The translations under genes and the position numbers were made by a program. The notes below the pieces were generated by a model. It saw nothing but the letters and a program-made list of their open reading frames with translations, had not been told where the DNA came from and did no database searches. A DNA stretch of 32,053 nucleotides from an uncultured Candidatus Saccharibacteria bacterium (GTDB taxonomy: Bacteria > Patescibacteriota > Minisyncoccia > Phycocordibacterales > Zambryskibacteraceae), in contig CAZYLR010000003.1 of assembly GCA_964648835.1 (NCBI GenBank), forward strand, positions 1,302 through 33,354, in the 5' to 3' direction. The stretch's first letter is position 1. Every line of letters starts with the position of its first letter. This document shows, one piece after another, positions 18,984-27,194 of the stretch.

Positions 18984-19850
18984 GTGAAAACAACAACGAT
19001 AAGATGTGCTTTTTGCAAGAGCAAATTTGTTCGACCGATAGGTCGATACAGAGAAGCTATTAAATTTAAATGGAAACAATACTGTTCCCCAAGCTGCAAA
19101 CACAAAATTAAAATTCGAGCTAAAGAGTTTAAATGTGGAAATCCAAATTGTAGTAATACAGTTTTTAAAACCCCATCAGATATTAGACGGAGTATATCTG
19201 GAAGAATGTACTGTTCTCAAACATGTGCAGCGATATATAACAATCACAACAGAGCCAAATATAACACTTGCAAACGTTGCGGAAAGACTATCTCTAGTTG
19301 GAATAAATACTGTTCCTCTAAATGTGCGGCAGACAATAGAAAAAAATCATTAGACCAAACTCGATTCGATGCTATTGCAAGGATAAGAAAGTTCTACAAA
19401 TCCTATAAACGAATTCCGGTGAAACGTGAGATGTATGGACTGTATAGAACAGCTAGAATTGCTTTTGGTTCTTGGAATAAAGCCGTAGAGGCATCGGGAT
19501 TTGATCCAAACCCAGTTTTATTTGCGAAAAGATTTGTTGCTAATGATGGGCATGCCTGTGATTCATTTGCTGAAAAGGTTATCGATGACTGGCTATTAGA
19601 AAATAATGTTCTGCATGAAAGACATTATCCTTATAGCAATCCGCGTTTCACGGCTGATTTCAAAATCGGTGATAATACCTTTGTTGAATATTTTGGCCTA
19701 GCTGGAGTACAAAGATCCTACGATGAAATCATTTCAAAAAAGAGAGCAATGTCAGACAAATCTGGGATTAGGTTAATTGAGTTGTACCCAAAGGATATTT
19801 ATCCAACAAGTAAACTTAAAAACATTTTAGATAGGCTTATTGAAATTTAA
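18984..19850 (+). CDS. Zn-finger protein with a homing-endonuclease-associated repeat and a C-terminal PD-(D/E)XK-like nuclease domain
   Basis: Three CxxC...YCSxxC fingers; FGSWNKAVEASG repeat; DGH.CDS.AE..ID.WL...ADF......VEYFG; start moved to GTG 18984 because the ORF-track 5' end overlaps a tRNA. Confidence 0.8.
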   Translation: MKTTTIRCAFCKSKFVRPIGRYREAIKFKWKQYCSPSCKHKIKIRAKEFKCGNPNCSNTVFKTPSDIRRSISGRMYCSQTCAAIYNNHNRAKYNTCKRCGKTISSWNKYCSSKCAADNRKKSLDQTRFDAIARIRKFYKSYKRIPVKREMYGLYRTARIAFGSWNKAVEASGFDPNPVLFAKRFVANDGHACDSFAEKVIDDWLLENNVLHERHYPYSNPRFTADFKIGDNTFVEYFGLAGVQRSYDEIISKKRAMSDKSGIRLIELYPKDIYPTSKLKNILDRLIEI

Positions 19851-19851
19851 T

Positions 19852-19922
19852 TCGGGCCGCTGGGAATCGAACCCAGTCCTTACGCTCCCAAAGCGCAAAT
19901 ACTACCGGTATACGACGGCCCG
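19852..19922 (-). tRNA. tRNA-Pro(TGG)
   Basis: CGGGCCG/CGGCCCG-A, loop TTTGGGA, GGTTCGATTCC. Confidence 0.95.
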
Positions 19923-19944
19923 CCTACGCCAAGGCTACGGCGGG
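19919..19944. repeat. REP-like hairpin abutting the tRNA 5' end
   Basis: CCCGCC-TAC-GCC-AA-GGC-TAC-GGCGGG. Confidence 0.55.
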
Positions 19945-19982
19945 TAAGCCCGCTTAACCTTTTCACTTCGGGATTTCAAAAT

Positions 19983-20053
19983 TCGGGCTGCCGAGAATCG
20001 AACTCGGGTCTCACACTCCCGAAGCGTGTATACTACCGCTGTACTACAGCCCG
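19983..20053 (-). tRNA. tRNA-Pro(CGG)
   Basis: CGGGCTG/CAGCCCG-A, anticodon arm CACGC-TTCGGGA-GTGTG. Confidence 0.95.
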
Positions 20054-20139
20054 TAATGAGGAACAGCGCTCATGCTCGCATGAGCATTGTTTCCGAACGC
20101 CCGGGCTGTATGTATTCATACAGCCCGTAATGAGAAACA
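20045..20139. repeat. 21-bp direct repeats flanking a palindromic insert at the tRNA-Pro(CGG) 5' end
   Basis: TACAGCCCGTAATGAG(G/A)AACA at 20045 and 20119; internal hairpins. Confidence 0.75.
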
Positions 20140-20214
20140 ATTTATCCTATCACGCAAGATAACGATTTCCAAATATCGATTTTTTATCTAAATAAGCTGT
20201 TATCTCTTCACTTT

Positions 20215-20340
20215 TCAGGAGCCGATAATCTGGTCATTCTTTGGGTGTGTTTTCTTCCACCAGCGAATCAACAATATCCGCAGACCATATGCCAGCAAAA
20301 GAGGAATGATAATGAAAATAAGCGCAATAATGAATCTCAT
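20215..20340 (-). CDS. 41-aa membrane peptide (below the ORF-track cut-off)
   Basis: MRFIIALIFIIIPLLLAYGLRILLIRWWKKTHPKNDQIIGS*, starting 12 nt after the upstream stop. Confidence 0.6.
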   Translation of the reverse strand: MRFIIALIFIIIPLLLAYGLRILLIRWWKKTHPKNDQIIGS

Positions 20341-20352
20341 ATATTTTGTAGT

Positions 20353-22158
20353 TTAAGGGGCACCACCGGCGCTGCCAGCGCCTCCGGGACCATCTCCAGC
20401 TCCTGCGCCATCTCCAGGTCCGCCACCAGCTCCGGCGCCACCTCCAGCGCCGGCACCACCACTAGTTCCTGCATCACCAGGGGGACCGCCCGGTTCGCCT
20501 GATTGACCACTTGTAGGACCTGTGGGACCGCTGACACCCGTATCTCCAGTTTCTCCAGTTTCTCCAGTTTCGCCCTGCTCGGCGGTAACGGCTGTATCAA
20601 TGTCTGCGGGAGTTAGGCCGGTATCGTCAGGATCATTCCCGCCACCCCTAGCACCCATAGGCCCAAAACCAAAGAAGCCTCTGACCCCATTTATTGCACT
20701 AGTAGCGAGATTTCCAAGCGCAGCTAACGCTCCGCCAAACGCGGCATTGATCGCACTGCTGATTGCGCCGTTAAAAGCAGCATCCGCGATTGAAACAACG
20801 CCTAGCGCCAATCCGAAGGGACCGAGGGCGAGAGCAGCTATTGCCAAAGCTATGTTAAGTCCGAACGCCGCATCACTGGTCGGACCAGTACCTAGTCCTA
20901 CTGCGCTGAGCGCTACACCAGTGACAGAGTTGTTTATTCCAAAACTAACCGCGTTGCTAAAAGAAAAACCACTAGATGTATCACTGCTTGATGGCGCCGT
21001 TCCGGTTCCGCCAGTCGCATCTGGACCATCTGGAGGAGCATTAGAACCAACATCTGGCGCGCCTACTCCTCCAGTAGGTGTGCCTGTAACTGCGCCGCCA
21101 GTCGCGTCCGGACCATCTGGGGGAGCGGCATCACCAGAAACGCCCGGGGCGCCTACTCCGGTAGGGGCAGATGGCCCTGTAGACCCGGTATCGCCATCCC
21201 CACCCGATGCCGTCGGTTCGGGAGCGGGCGCTGACGAAAGTTCCAAAACATCTTCAATGGACCATCCGTCGACGCCCGAATCGAAATTGACCTGATACCA
21301 ATTGTATCCGTTTGCCGCAGATGGCCCCGAGACGATTATGCCTAATATCCCAATGGATTGAGTGCCTAAAAGAGTTCCCGCGGTAGACGGAGTTGTTCTG
21401 ACATTGACGTTTTGAGTCACTCGCACCCTGTCTCCGACTCTAAATTTGGCGCTAAGTTCAGTGCTCGGAGCAGGAGCGGGAGAAAAAATCGAAGTCCCAT
21501 AGCCCGCAGACTGATAGACGGGCAGTTGAGCCGGGACACCCTGAAATGCGGCATAGTAATAGACGTCACCATTCCTATTATCCGTTAATCCGACTGTAAA
21601 ACTCCCTGTCGTCGTGCCACTCACAGTCGCAAAAAGCCAACCAGAGCTACCATCTCCCAACAAAGTGGTAGTGCGCTTCGTCCATACTAAACTCGGCTGG
21701 AAACCGGTTGTAATAACTCGCGATGCCGTGCCATCGCCCGTATACGAGCCGACGCATATCACACCTCCCGATGAACAATCAGAGCCAGCGAACGCGGTGT
21801 ACGTGTAGCTGACACTAGCGGTATTGACTTCTGGGTCTGGCGATACCGTAAATCCATCTGCTCCTAAGATGATTTCGGATCCCGTGCTACCAGAGGCGAG
21901 GGTAGCGGGCATAGCAGACGATTTCCACATTAAGTTCAGCGAGGCACCAGATTTTATAGTGACTACTTCCGGCGCGAATCCGAGCCCGGATATAGAGAGA
22001 CTCGAGCCGTTACCGTTGTAGGAGCCTGACTTAACCGCAAAAGCGACTGACGCCTCCGCGCTTGGAGCGGTAACGAGCGAGTAAATGCCCGTCGACGCCA
22101 CGGTAAGCGCAAAAATCATCCAAGCTGTGAACACCTTGTTTTTAACAATAGGAAACAT
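20353..22158 (-). CDS. Secreted/surface Gly-Pro-Ala-rich protein with a bacterial SH3 domain
   Basis: Signal (AEA-S); two GSY.G.G...I..GF.P..V..K repeats; SH3b-like VNVRTTPS...WYQV.F..GV.GW; hydrophobic Gly-zipper region; acidic Gly-rich tail. Confidence 0.8.
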   Translation of the reverse strand: MFPIVKNKVFTAWMIFALTVASTGIYSLVTAPSAEASVAFAVKSGSYNGNGSSLSISGLGFAPEVVTIKSGASLNLMWKSSAMPATLASGSTGSEIILGADGFTVSPDPEVNTASVSYTYTAFAGSDCSSGGVICVGSYTGDGTASRVITTGFQPSLVWTKRTTTLLGDGSSGWLFATVSGTTTGSFTVGLTDNRNGDVYYYAAFQGVPAQLPVYQSAGYGTSIFSPAPAPSTELSAKFRVGDRVRVTQNVNVRTTPSTAGTLLGTQSIGILGIIVSGPSAANGYNWYQVNFDSGVDGWSIEDVLELSSAPAPEPTASGGDGDTGSTGPSAPTGVGAPGVSGDAAPPDGPDATGGAVTGTPTGGVGAPDVGSNAPPDGPDATGGTGTAPSSSDTSSGFSFSNAVSFGINNSVTGVALSAVGLGTGPTSDAAFGLNIALAIAALALGPFGLALGVVSIADAAFNGAISSAINAAFGGALAALGNLATSAINGVRGFFGFGPMGARGGGNDPDDTGLTPADIDTAVTAEQGETGETGETGDTGVSGPTGPTSGQSGEPGGPPGDAGTSGGAGAGGGAGAGGGPGDGAGAGDGPGGAGSAGGAP

Positions 22159-22306
22159 GTACTTAATATTGTACTACTTTTTTATAAAGTGAAATATAAA
22201 TCAAATCACGCAAGTTGGGGACAACCAAATATAAATAAGTAGATTTTTAAAGGAAAAAATGTTAATTTGGATGGGCCTATTGGCAAAAGATCTTTTGAAA
22301 AATGAA

Positions 22307-22377
22307 GCGGGTATGGTTTAGTGGTAGAACAGTTGGTTGCCAATCAGCTGGCGGGAGTTCGATTCTCCCTACCCGCA
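22307..22377 (+). tRNA. tRNA-Gly(GCC)
   Basis: GCGGGTA/TACCCGC-A, loop TTGCCAA, GTTCGATTC. Confidence 0.95.
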
Positions 22378-22406
22378 CAATTTAATAGAGGTCTGATAAT
22401 AAAATT

Positions 22407-22478
22407 GCCCCCATAGCTTAACGGATAAAGTACCCGTCTTCGGAACGGGTGATCTGGGTTCGATTCCTGGTGGGGGCA
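22407..22478 (+). tRNA. tRNA-Arg(TCG)
   Basis: GCCCCCA/TGGGGGC-A, anticodon arm CCCGT-CTTCGGA-ACGGG, A20 present. Confidence 0.93.
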
Positions 22479-22502
22479 TTTGAGAAAAATGTCTAATTTA
22501 TA

Positions 22503-23978
22503 ATGACTAATGCTAAATTAAAATTCACGATACCAGAAGAAGTGAAAGATATTTCGCGGGTATTTAGCGCTGCCGGATTTGAAAATTTTCTAGTGGGTGG
22601 ATGCGTACGCGATTTAGTGATAGGAAGAACACCTAAGGATTGGGACGTCGCCACGAAAGCGAAACCGGAGGAGATAATCAAACTTTTCCCAAAAACATTT
22701 TACGAAAATGAGTACGGCACGGTAGGAGTAGTCAACGAGCAAACGAGTGACAAAACTCTCAAGGTGGTTGAGGTGACCCCATACCGGCTCGAATCTGGCT
22801 ATTCGGACTTCCGCCGACCGGACAAAGTGGAGTGGGGCAAGACTATAGAAGATGATTTGGCGCGCAGAGACTTCAGTATGAACGCGCTGGCCTATAATAT
22901 TGAGACGGAAGAATTGCTTGACCCATTTGGGGGCAAGGCGGATATCGAGAAAAAACTTATCCGCACCGTGGGACTGCCGGAGGAAAGGTTTGGCGAGGAT
23001 GCTCTCCGGATGTTTCGAGCATTGCGTCTCGCGAGCGAATTAAACTTCGCGATAGAACACGAAACTCAAACGGCGATAACGAAACACGCCGGACTTTTGG
23101 AGCACATCTCCCGCGAACGCGTGCATGACGAGTTTGCAAAAATTATCATGTCGGATACGCCTGCGCTCGCCTTTGACTTGGCCGCCCGTCTCGGGCTTCT
23201 GAATTTTATCTCACCGGAGTTTGAAAAGGGGATAGGGGTGGAACAAAATCAAGCGCACGCCTACACGGTCTGGGAACATTTACTCCGAACTCTTAACCAC
23301 GCCGCCAAGAAGAATTTTCCGCTCCATGTGCGTTTGGCCGCATTCATCCACGACGTGGCTAAACCTCACACGAGAAAGTGGCTCAAAGGTCAGTGGACCT
23401 TCTACAACCACGAGGTTATGGGAGCGCGGCTGGCGAGAGTCATTCTCTCAGACCTGCGATTTCCAAAAGAAATTATTGAAAAAGTGGTTAAGCTCGTACG
23501 CTGGCACATGTTTTTCTCTGATACTGAAAAGATTACGCTAAGCGCTGTGCGCCGTATTGTGAGAAATGTCGGGGTTGATCTCATCTGGGATCTTGTTGAT
23601 TTGCGCGTCTGCGATAGGATTGGTACTGGTCGCCCCAAGGAAACACCTTTCCGCCTGCGTAAATATAAGTCGATGATTGAAGAAGTGTTGCGCGATCCCA
23701 TTTCTGTTAAACAACTTGCTATAAATGGTGAAAATATAATGAAACTCACAGAGACTGGTCCAGGCCCTCACATCGGTTTCATCCTGGAAATTCTCCTCTC
23801 CGAAGTACTAGAGCATCCTGAACTAAACACGCGTGAGTACTTAGAGCAAAGAGTGGGGGAATTACATGCTCTCAAACCTGATGAATTAGTTGAACTGGGC
23901 AAAACCGCTCGATCTAAAAATGAAAACGAGGAAGAAAAAGAAATAGAAAAAATACGGGAAGAGTATAAAGTTCAGTAG
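22503..23978 (+). CDS. cca: CCA tRNA nucleotidyltransferase (class II) with HD domain
   Basis: LVGGCVRD, DWDVAT, DLARRDFSMNA, EDALRMFR, HDVAKP, HEVMGA. Confidence 0.93.
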   Translation: MTNAKLKFTIPEEVKDISRVFSAAGFENFLVGGCVRDLVIGRTPKDWDVATKAKPEEIIKLFPKTFYENEYGTVGVVNEQTSDKTLKVVEVTPYRLESGYSDFRRPDKVEWGKTIEDDLARRDFSMNALAYNIETEELLDPFGGKADIEKKLIRTVGLPEERFGEDALRMFRALRLASELNFAIEHETQTAITKHAGLLEHISRERVHDEFAKIIMSDTPALAFDLAARLGLLNFISPEFEKGIGVEQNQAHAYTVWEHLLRTLNHAAKKNFPLHVRLAAFIHDVAKPHTRKWLKGQWTFYNHEVMGARLARVILSDLRFPKEIIEKVVKLVRWHMFFSDTEKITLSAVRRIVRNVGVDLIWDLVDLRVCDRIGTGRPKETPFRLRKYKSMIEEVLRDPISVKQLAINGENIMKLTETGPGPHIGFILEILLSEVLEHPELNTREYLEQRVGELHALKPDELVELGKTARSKNENEEEKEIEKIREEYKVQ

Positions 23979-24020
23979 TTTCACAAGACTTTGGCTACAT
24001 ATTATCCTAAGTTTAGTCTC

Positions 24021-24056
24021 TACATCTAATTCATACTATCGTGAGTTATAGATGTA
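24021..24056. repeat. 36-bp palindromic repeat, copy 1
   Basis: TACATCTAATTCATACTATCGTGAGTTATAGATGTA. Confidence 0.85.
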
Positions 24057-24084
24057 TGGGTAAAGAGACAACTAAGAGATTGAT

Positions 24085-24651
24085 TTATAAGAGACCGAAA
24101 TATTCTCGTAAATGTTTGTCGTTCTCAATTTCATCGACAATCATATAGAGAAGGTCTTTCCCAATACCAATATCTGTTTTCAAAAGTCCCACAATGTCTT
24201 CACAATCATATGGATAAACCCAGACACTATCTTGCAAACGATAGAAGCCAGCCGAAATAAAGACACTACGAATTTGATCACGTGCTTTTCTTTTTTTCTC
24301 CGGAATATCAAAGATAACAACTCGCCATTTCTTGTCCCACTTAGGCGGACGTTTGAATTTATAATCTTCAAGTTCCCAATGCCTTAATTTCTTTTCTCCC
24401 ACCTCGGTCAGTTTATATCTGTTGTCTTGGTACATGAGCAACCCCTTTTTCACCAATTTACTTGCTGAAGAACGCACAATCTCTTCTTGACGTTTGTTGG
24501 GGAGAAGGCCGAGTTTTCCCATAGCCCCTATCACTTGAGGAGCAACTAACCCAATACTCAAAACCCCAGCAAGTTTCACCGAGTCTAGAATTAACTTCTG
24601 AATTTCCCCGCGCCTAACTCTTCTCTTATTATTTTCCTCTAGTTTGCCCAT
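24085..24651 (-). CDS. PaaX-like regulator (wHTH plus Cas2-like ferredoxin-fold domain)
   Basis: YKLTEVG wHTH; WDKKWRVVIFDIPE...RD.IR..F...GF.RLQDSVWVYPYDC; ATG 24651 preferred. Confidence 0.85.
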   Translation of the reverse strand: MGKLEENNKRRVRRGEIQKLILDSVKLAGVLSIGLVAPQVIGAMGKLGLLPNKRQEEIVRSSASKLVKKGLLMYQDNRYKLTEVGEKKLRHWELEDYKFKRPPKWDKKWRVVIFDIPEKKRKARDQIRSVFISAGFYRLQDSVWVYPYDCEDIVGLLKTDIGIGKDLLYMIVDEIENDKHLREYFGLL

Positions 24652-24686
24652 ACATCTATAATACACGATCGTGAGTTATAAATGTA
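24651..24686. repeat. 36-bp palindromic repeat, copy 2 (overlaps the PaaX-like -10 and start)
   Basis: TACATCTATAATACACGATCGTGAGTTATAAATGTA, 15/18 dyad matches. Confidence 0.85.
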
Positions 24687-24733
24687 GAGATGATGGTGTA
24701 GATATTAGATGGTTAATTTAATTTGATATGTGA

Positions 24734-25507
24734 CTATGCCGCTTGTGTTTTTTGTGCCTCATTTCCAAGAACTGATTCTTCACGAGACTTCCAGACCATT
24801 TCAAAAATTTGCCGCATAGTTTCTGCAATCGCTTCATTTTCGATAATAACACCCTGCAAATCTTTAAAGGCCATGATGCGTACAAAAGTGTCCCCGATTT
24901 CAATTGAATTTCTTGCGGAATAAGTCGTGGGAGGAACTATTTTCATAGTCCGACCGTATTCTTTATCAGTATCACGCCAGCGTTTGAGATTTGGATTATC
25001 AGGCACAATACCACGCACCGTGATGTGATCTTGCTTTAATCTCTCATTATAATCATCGAAAATCTTTAAAAGCTCAGGAGACGCGTCAGTTGCTTCAGCA
25101 TAGAATCCGACAATCTCTTTGTCCTTCATTCTCTCCACGCCATAAAGTGCAATATCTTCGATACCTCGTAACCCCTCAAAATAAAGTGTCTTCGGTTTTT
25201 CTCCACCAGAAGTCAAGGCCAAGAGTTCTGGCAGAGATTGTTTTGCGATTCTAAGACGCTCTTCGGCCTCACCGAAGAACTCTTCCGGCGACTTTGCCGT
25301 AAAGACTTGCTTCTTCGCATTGGGGATTTTGAGCACCAAGCCTTTCTTTCTAAGATCATCGAGCACCACATATACTGTCGGTCGTTTTAAGCCACTTTTC
25401 TCGGCCACGGCATAGGCGGTGGTTTGACCAAGACTAAGCAGAGCCAGATACACCTCGCTCTCTTTGGCACTAAGTCCTAGACTTCGTAAAGATTCTTCTA
25501 TTCTCAT
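24734..25507 (-). CDS. TrmB-family HTH transcriptional regulator 1
   Basis: LGLSAKESEVYLALL..G...A..VA..SGLKRPTVY..L..L..KGLV; YFEGLRGI; C-terminal A.TM.QIFE.VW; promoter TTGACT-N17-TACAAT. Confidence 0.9.
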   Translation of the reverse strand: MRIEESLRSLGLSAKESEVYLALLSLGQTTAYAVAEKSGLKRPTVYVVLDDLRKKGLVLKIPNAKKQVFTAKSPEEFFGEAEERLRIAKQSLPELLALTSGGEKPKTLYFEGLRGIEDIALYGVERMKDKEIVGFYAEATDASPELLKIFDDYNERLKQDHITVRGIVPDNPNLKRWRDTDKEYGRTMKIVPPTTYSARNSIEIGDTFVRIMAFKDLQGVIIENEAIAETMRQIFEMVWKSREESVLGNEAQKTQAA

Positions 25508-25626
25508 AAGCAACTGTATTGTATGTTATAGCAATAAAATAGTCAAGTTTTATGACTACTATATGAATAGTACTACAAAACACTCTATTTTATAAGCTTT
25601 TTTAGCTATATAGTCATAAGTAGTTA

Positions 25627-25655
25627 TTGACTATTAGCTTTGAATAGTATATAAT
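25627..25655 (+). promoter_or_regulatory. Sigma70 promoter, unit 1
   Basis: TTGACT-N17-TATAAT. Confidence 0.8.
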
Positions 25656-25722
25656 GTTTGCAGACTGAACATTGAAAGCCGATAAGCCCTGACCAGTAAT
25701 GGCAGGCACGGTACAGGAGACC
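25650..25722 (+). ncRNA. Conserved structured 5' leader, copy 1 (includes the -10 box)
   Basis: 70/73 identical to 27189-27260; GNRA-capped stem; ends in SD AGGAG. Confidence 0.6.
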
Positions 25723-25726
25723 AGTC

Positions 25727-26134
25727 ATGGACCTAAACAAGATCAGTTTTTTCAGGCCAGTTGTGGGCAAGACTCTTCGCGAGCAGCTCGAGGGCAAGAA
25801 CCTCGCAGGCCGCGAAGTGGTTGAATACCTTCGCTCCATAGGGGGCGAACGGTACGCGGAGTTCACTCCGCCCGCGCATTGGGAGAAGCCCTTCGGTCCT
25901 TCCAGCATGCAGTCTGGGGATCGCTGGGGTATCGACCTCCAGTGGATCTACGGCTTCTCTCTGACCCATTTGGACCCGCGCTCTCACAACACGGGGCGTC
26001 GTGTGAACGGGTTCGTCTGGACGGAGAAGTGGGGCTTCTCCTCTCATTACCGCCACTTTGAGGGCGACCCCCTCGATATGGTGGTAGGGAGAGAGTGGGA
26101 AGAGGGTGACTGGATCCTTGTCATTGACCCTTGA
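25727..26134 (+). CDS. GC-rich hypothetical cargo protein 1
   Basis: SD AGGAG, ATG, 135 aa, Trp/Gly-rich; a sampled line is about 63% GC. Confidence 0.75.
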   Translation: MDLNKISFFRPVVGKTLREQLEGKNLAGREVVEYLRSIGGERYAEFTPPAHWEKPFGPSSMQSGDRWGIDLQWIYGFSLTHLDPRSHNTGRRVNGFVWTEKWGFSSHYRHFEGDPLDMVVGREWEEGDWILVIDP

Positions 26135-26270
26135 CCACACGTAGTGTGAGCTACGTTAAAAATCTCACGGCGAAGTGCAATGCTTCGCCCGCTGTTCCGA
26201 GAGACTAATTCAAATTGGTTTTTCAGAAGAGCGAACCAAAAAATCTCTTTAAATCTCTTTGTTTCACCCA

Positions 26271-26306
26271 TACATCTAATTTGTACGACCGTGAGTTATA
26301 AATGTA
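26271..26306. repeat. 36-bp palindromic repeat, copy 3
   Basis: TACATCTAATTTGTACGACCGTGAGTTATAAATGTA. Confidence 0.85.
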
Positions 26307-26314
26307 GAGGATGA

Positions 26315-27091
26315 TTATGGATTTTTTTCAGCCATATTCCAGAGCATCATGAAAAACTGTTTATAGTTTTCGGCTACTGTTTCGGATTTAATGACATAGA
26401 CAAGTGGGGGAGTTAGAAAGCTATAGAATAGTACCAAATCTTTCCTTATAACCATATGCGTCACTCCTTGGGGCAAATCCTTCATAAACCTATGCTCCTG
26501 ATTTGACGGACGACCTATAACCTTCTCGTATAGTTCTCTTTCACTCTCATGACCTAAATAATAGACCTTGATATCTTTTTTATTCTTTTCCTCTAAATAC
26601 TCCTCGAGTTCGTCGCCCATAAGATCGGTAAATCCTCTAGAGTGTCCGCCTATAATAAACTCTTCGCCTCCTTTTTCGCTCTCATATACGTAATCCATCT
26701 CAAATTGTTGTATCTGTTTGGCTCCTTGCAGCACTTCAAAATCTTGGTCATTGTGAATGGCACTTATCTTATTGAGTTCATAGATAAGGTCGTTTGCCGC
26801 AATGCTTCTTTTGCGCGTAATCTTCTCAATCTCAAGAGGAGAGCGTGCTTTATACTTTTTATGCTTGCCGGAAGTAACCGCTTCGACCAAATTCAGATTC
26901 ATCAATTTTTCTAGAGCGACATAAACGTATTGTCTATGTAACCCGGTGCCGATAGCGATCTTGGATCCGCCGCTTTCACCGTTCTTTTGAAGTAAATACA
27001 GATACACTTCTGCTTCCGATCTTGAAAGACCCCAAGCAGTAAGGGTACTTACTAGGGGGTTGTTTTCTTTCTGTAATTTTCTATTTGTCAT
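26315..27091 (-). CDS. TrmB-family HTH transcriptional regulator 2
   Basis: GLSRSEAEVYLYLL, IA.GTGLHRQYVY.AL.KL..L.LV; C-terminal IKSETVAENYKQFF.MLW. Confidence 0.88.
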   Translation of the reverse strand: MTNRKLQKENNPLVSTLTAWGLSRSEAEVYLYLLQKNGESGGSKIAIGTGLHRQYVYVALEKLMNLNLVEAVTSGKHKKYKARSPLEIEKITRKRSIAANDLIYELNKISAIHNDQDFEVLQGAKQIQQFEMDYVYESEKGGEEFIIGGHSRGFTDLMGDELEEYLEEKNKKDIKVYYLGHESERELYEKVIGRPSNQEHRFMKDLPQGVTHMVIRKDLVLFYSFLTPPLVYVIKSETVAENYKQFFMMLWNMAEKNP

Positions 27092-27165
27092 AATATATAT
27101 GACAGTATATCAGAATATCTATAATATGCAATAATTTATGTCATAAATTAGTGTCATAATCTATA

Positions 27166-27194
27166 TTGACACATCAAGCCAGTTAGTCTATAAT
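27166..27194 (+). promoter_or_regulatory. Perfect-consensus sigma70 promoter, unit 2
   Basis: TTGACA-N17-TATAAT. Confidence 0.85.

Noticed and set aside
20522-21295. Long antisense ORFs (also 157-483, 1229-1669, 25733-26140, 27154-27717)
   Set aside because: Shadows of GC-rich or low-complexity genes on the opposite strand, with no motifs or expression signals.
26047-26271. 74-aa ORF starting at palindrome copy 3
   Set aside because: It shares only the start context with the PaaX-like gene and runs antisense into cargo 1; more likely a relic than a gene.
24021-26306. CRISPR array plus cas2
   Set aside because: The repeats are 36 bp but separated by 0.6 and 1.6 kb containing whole genes. 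There are no other cas genes, and the protein has the PaaX-like wHTH architecture.
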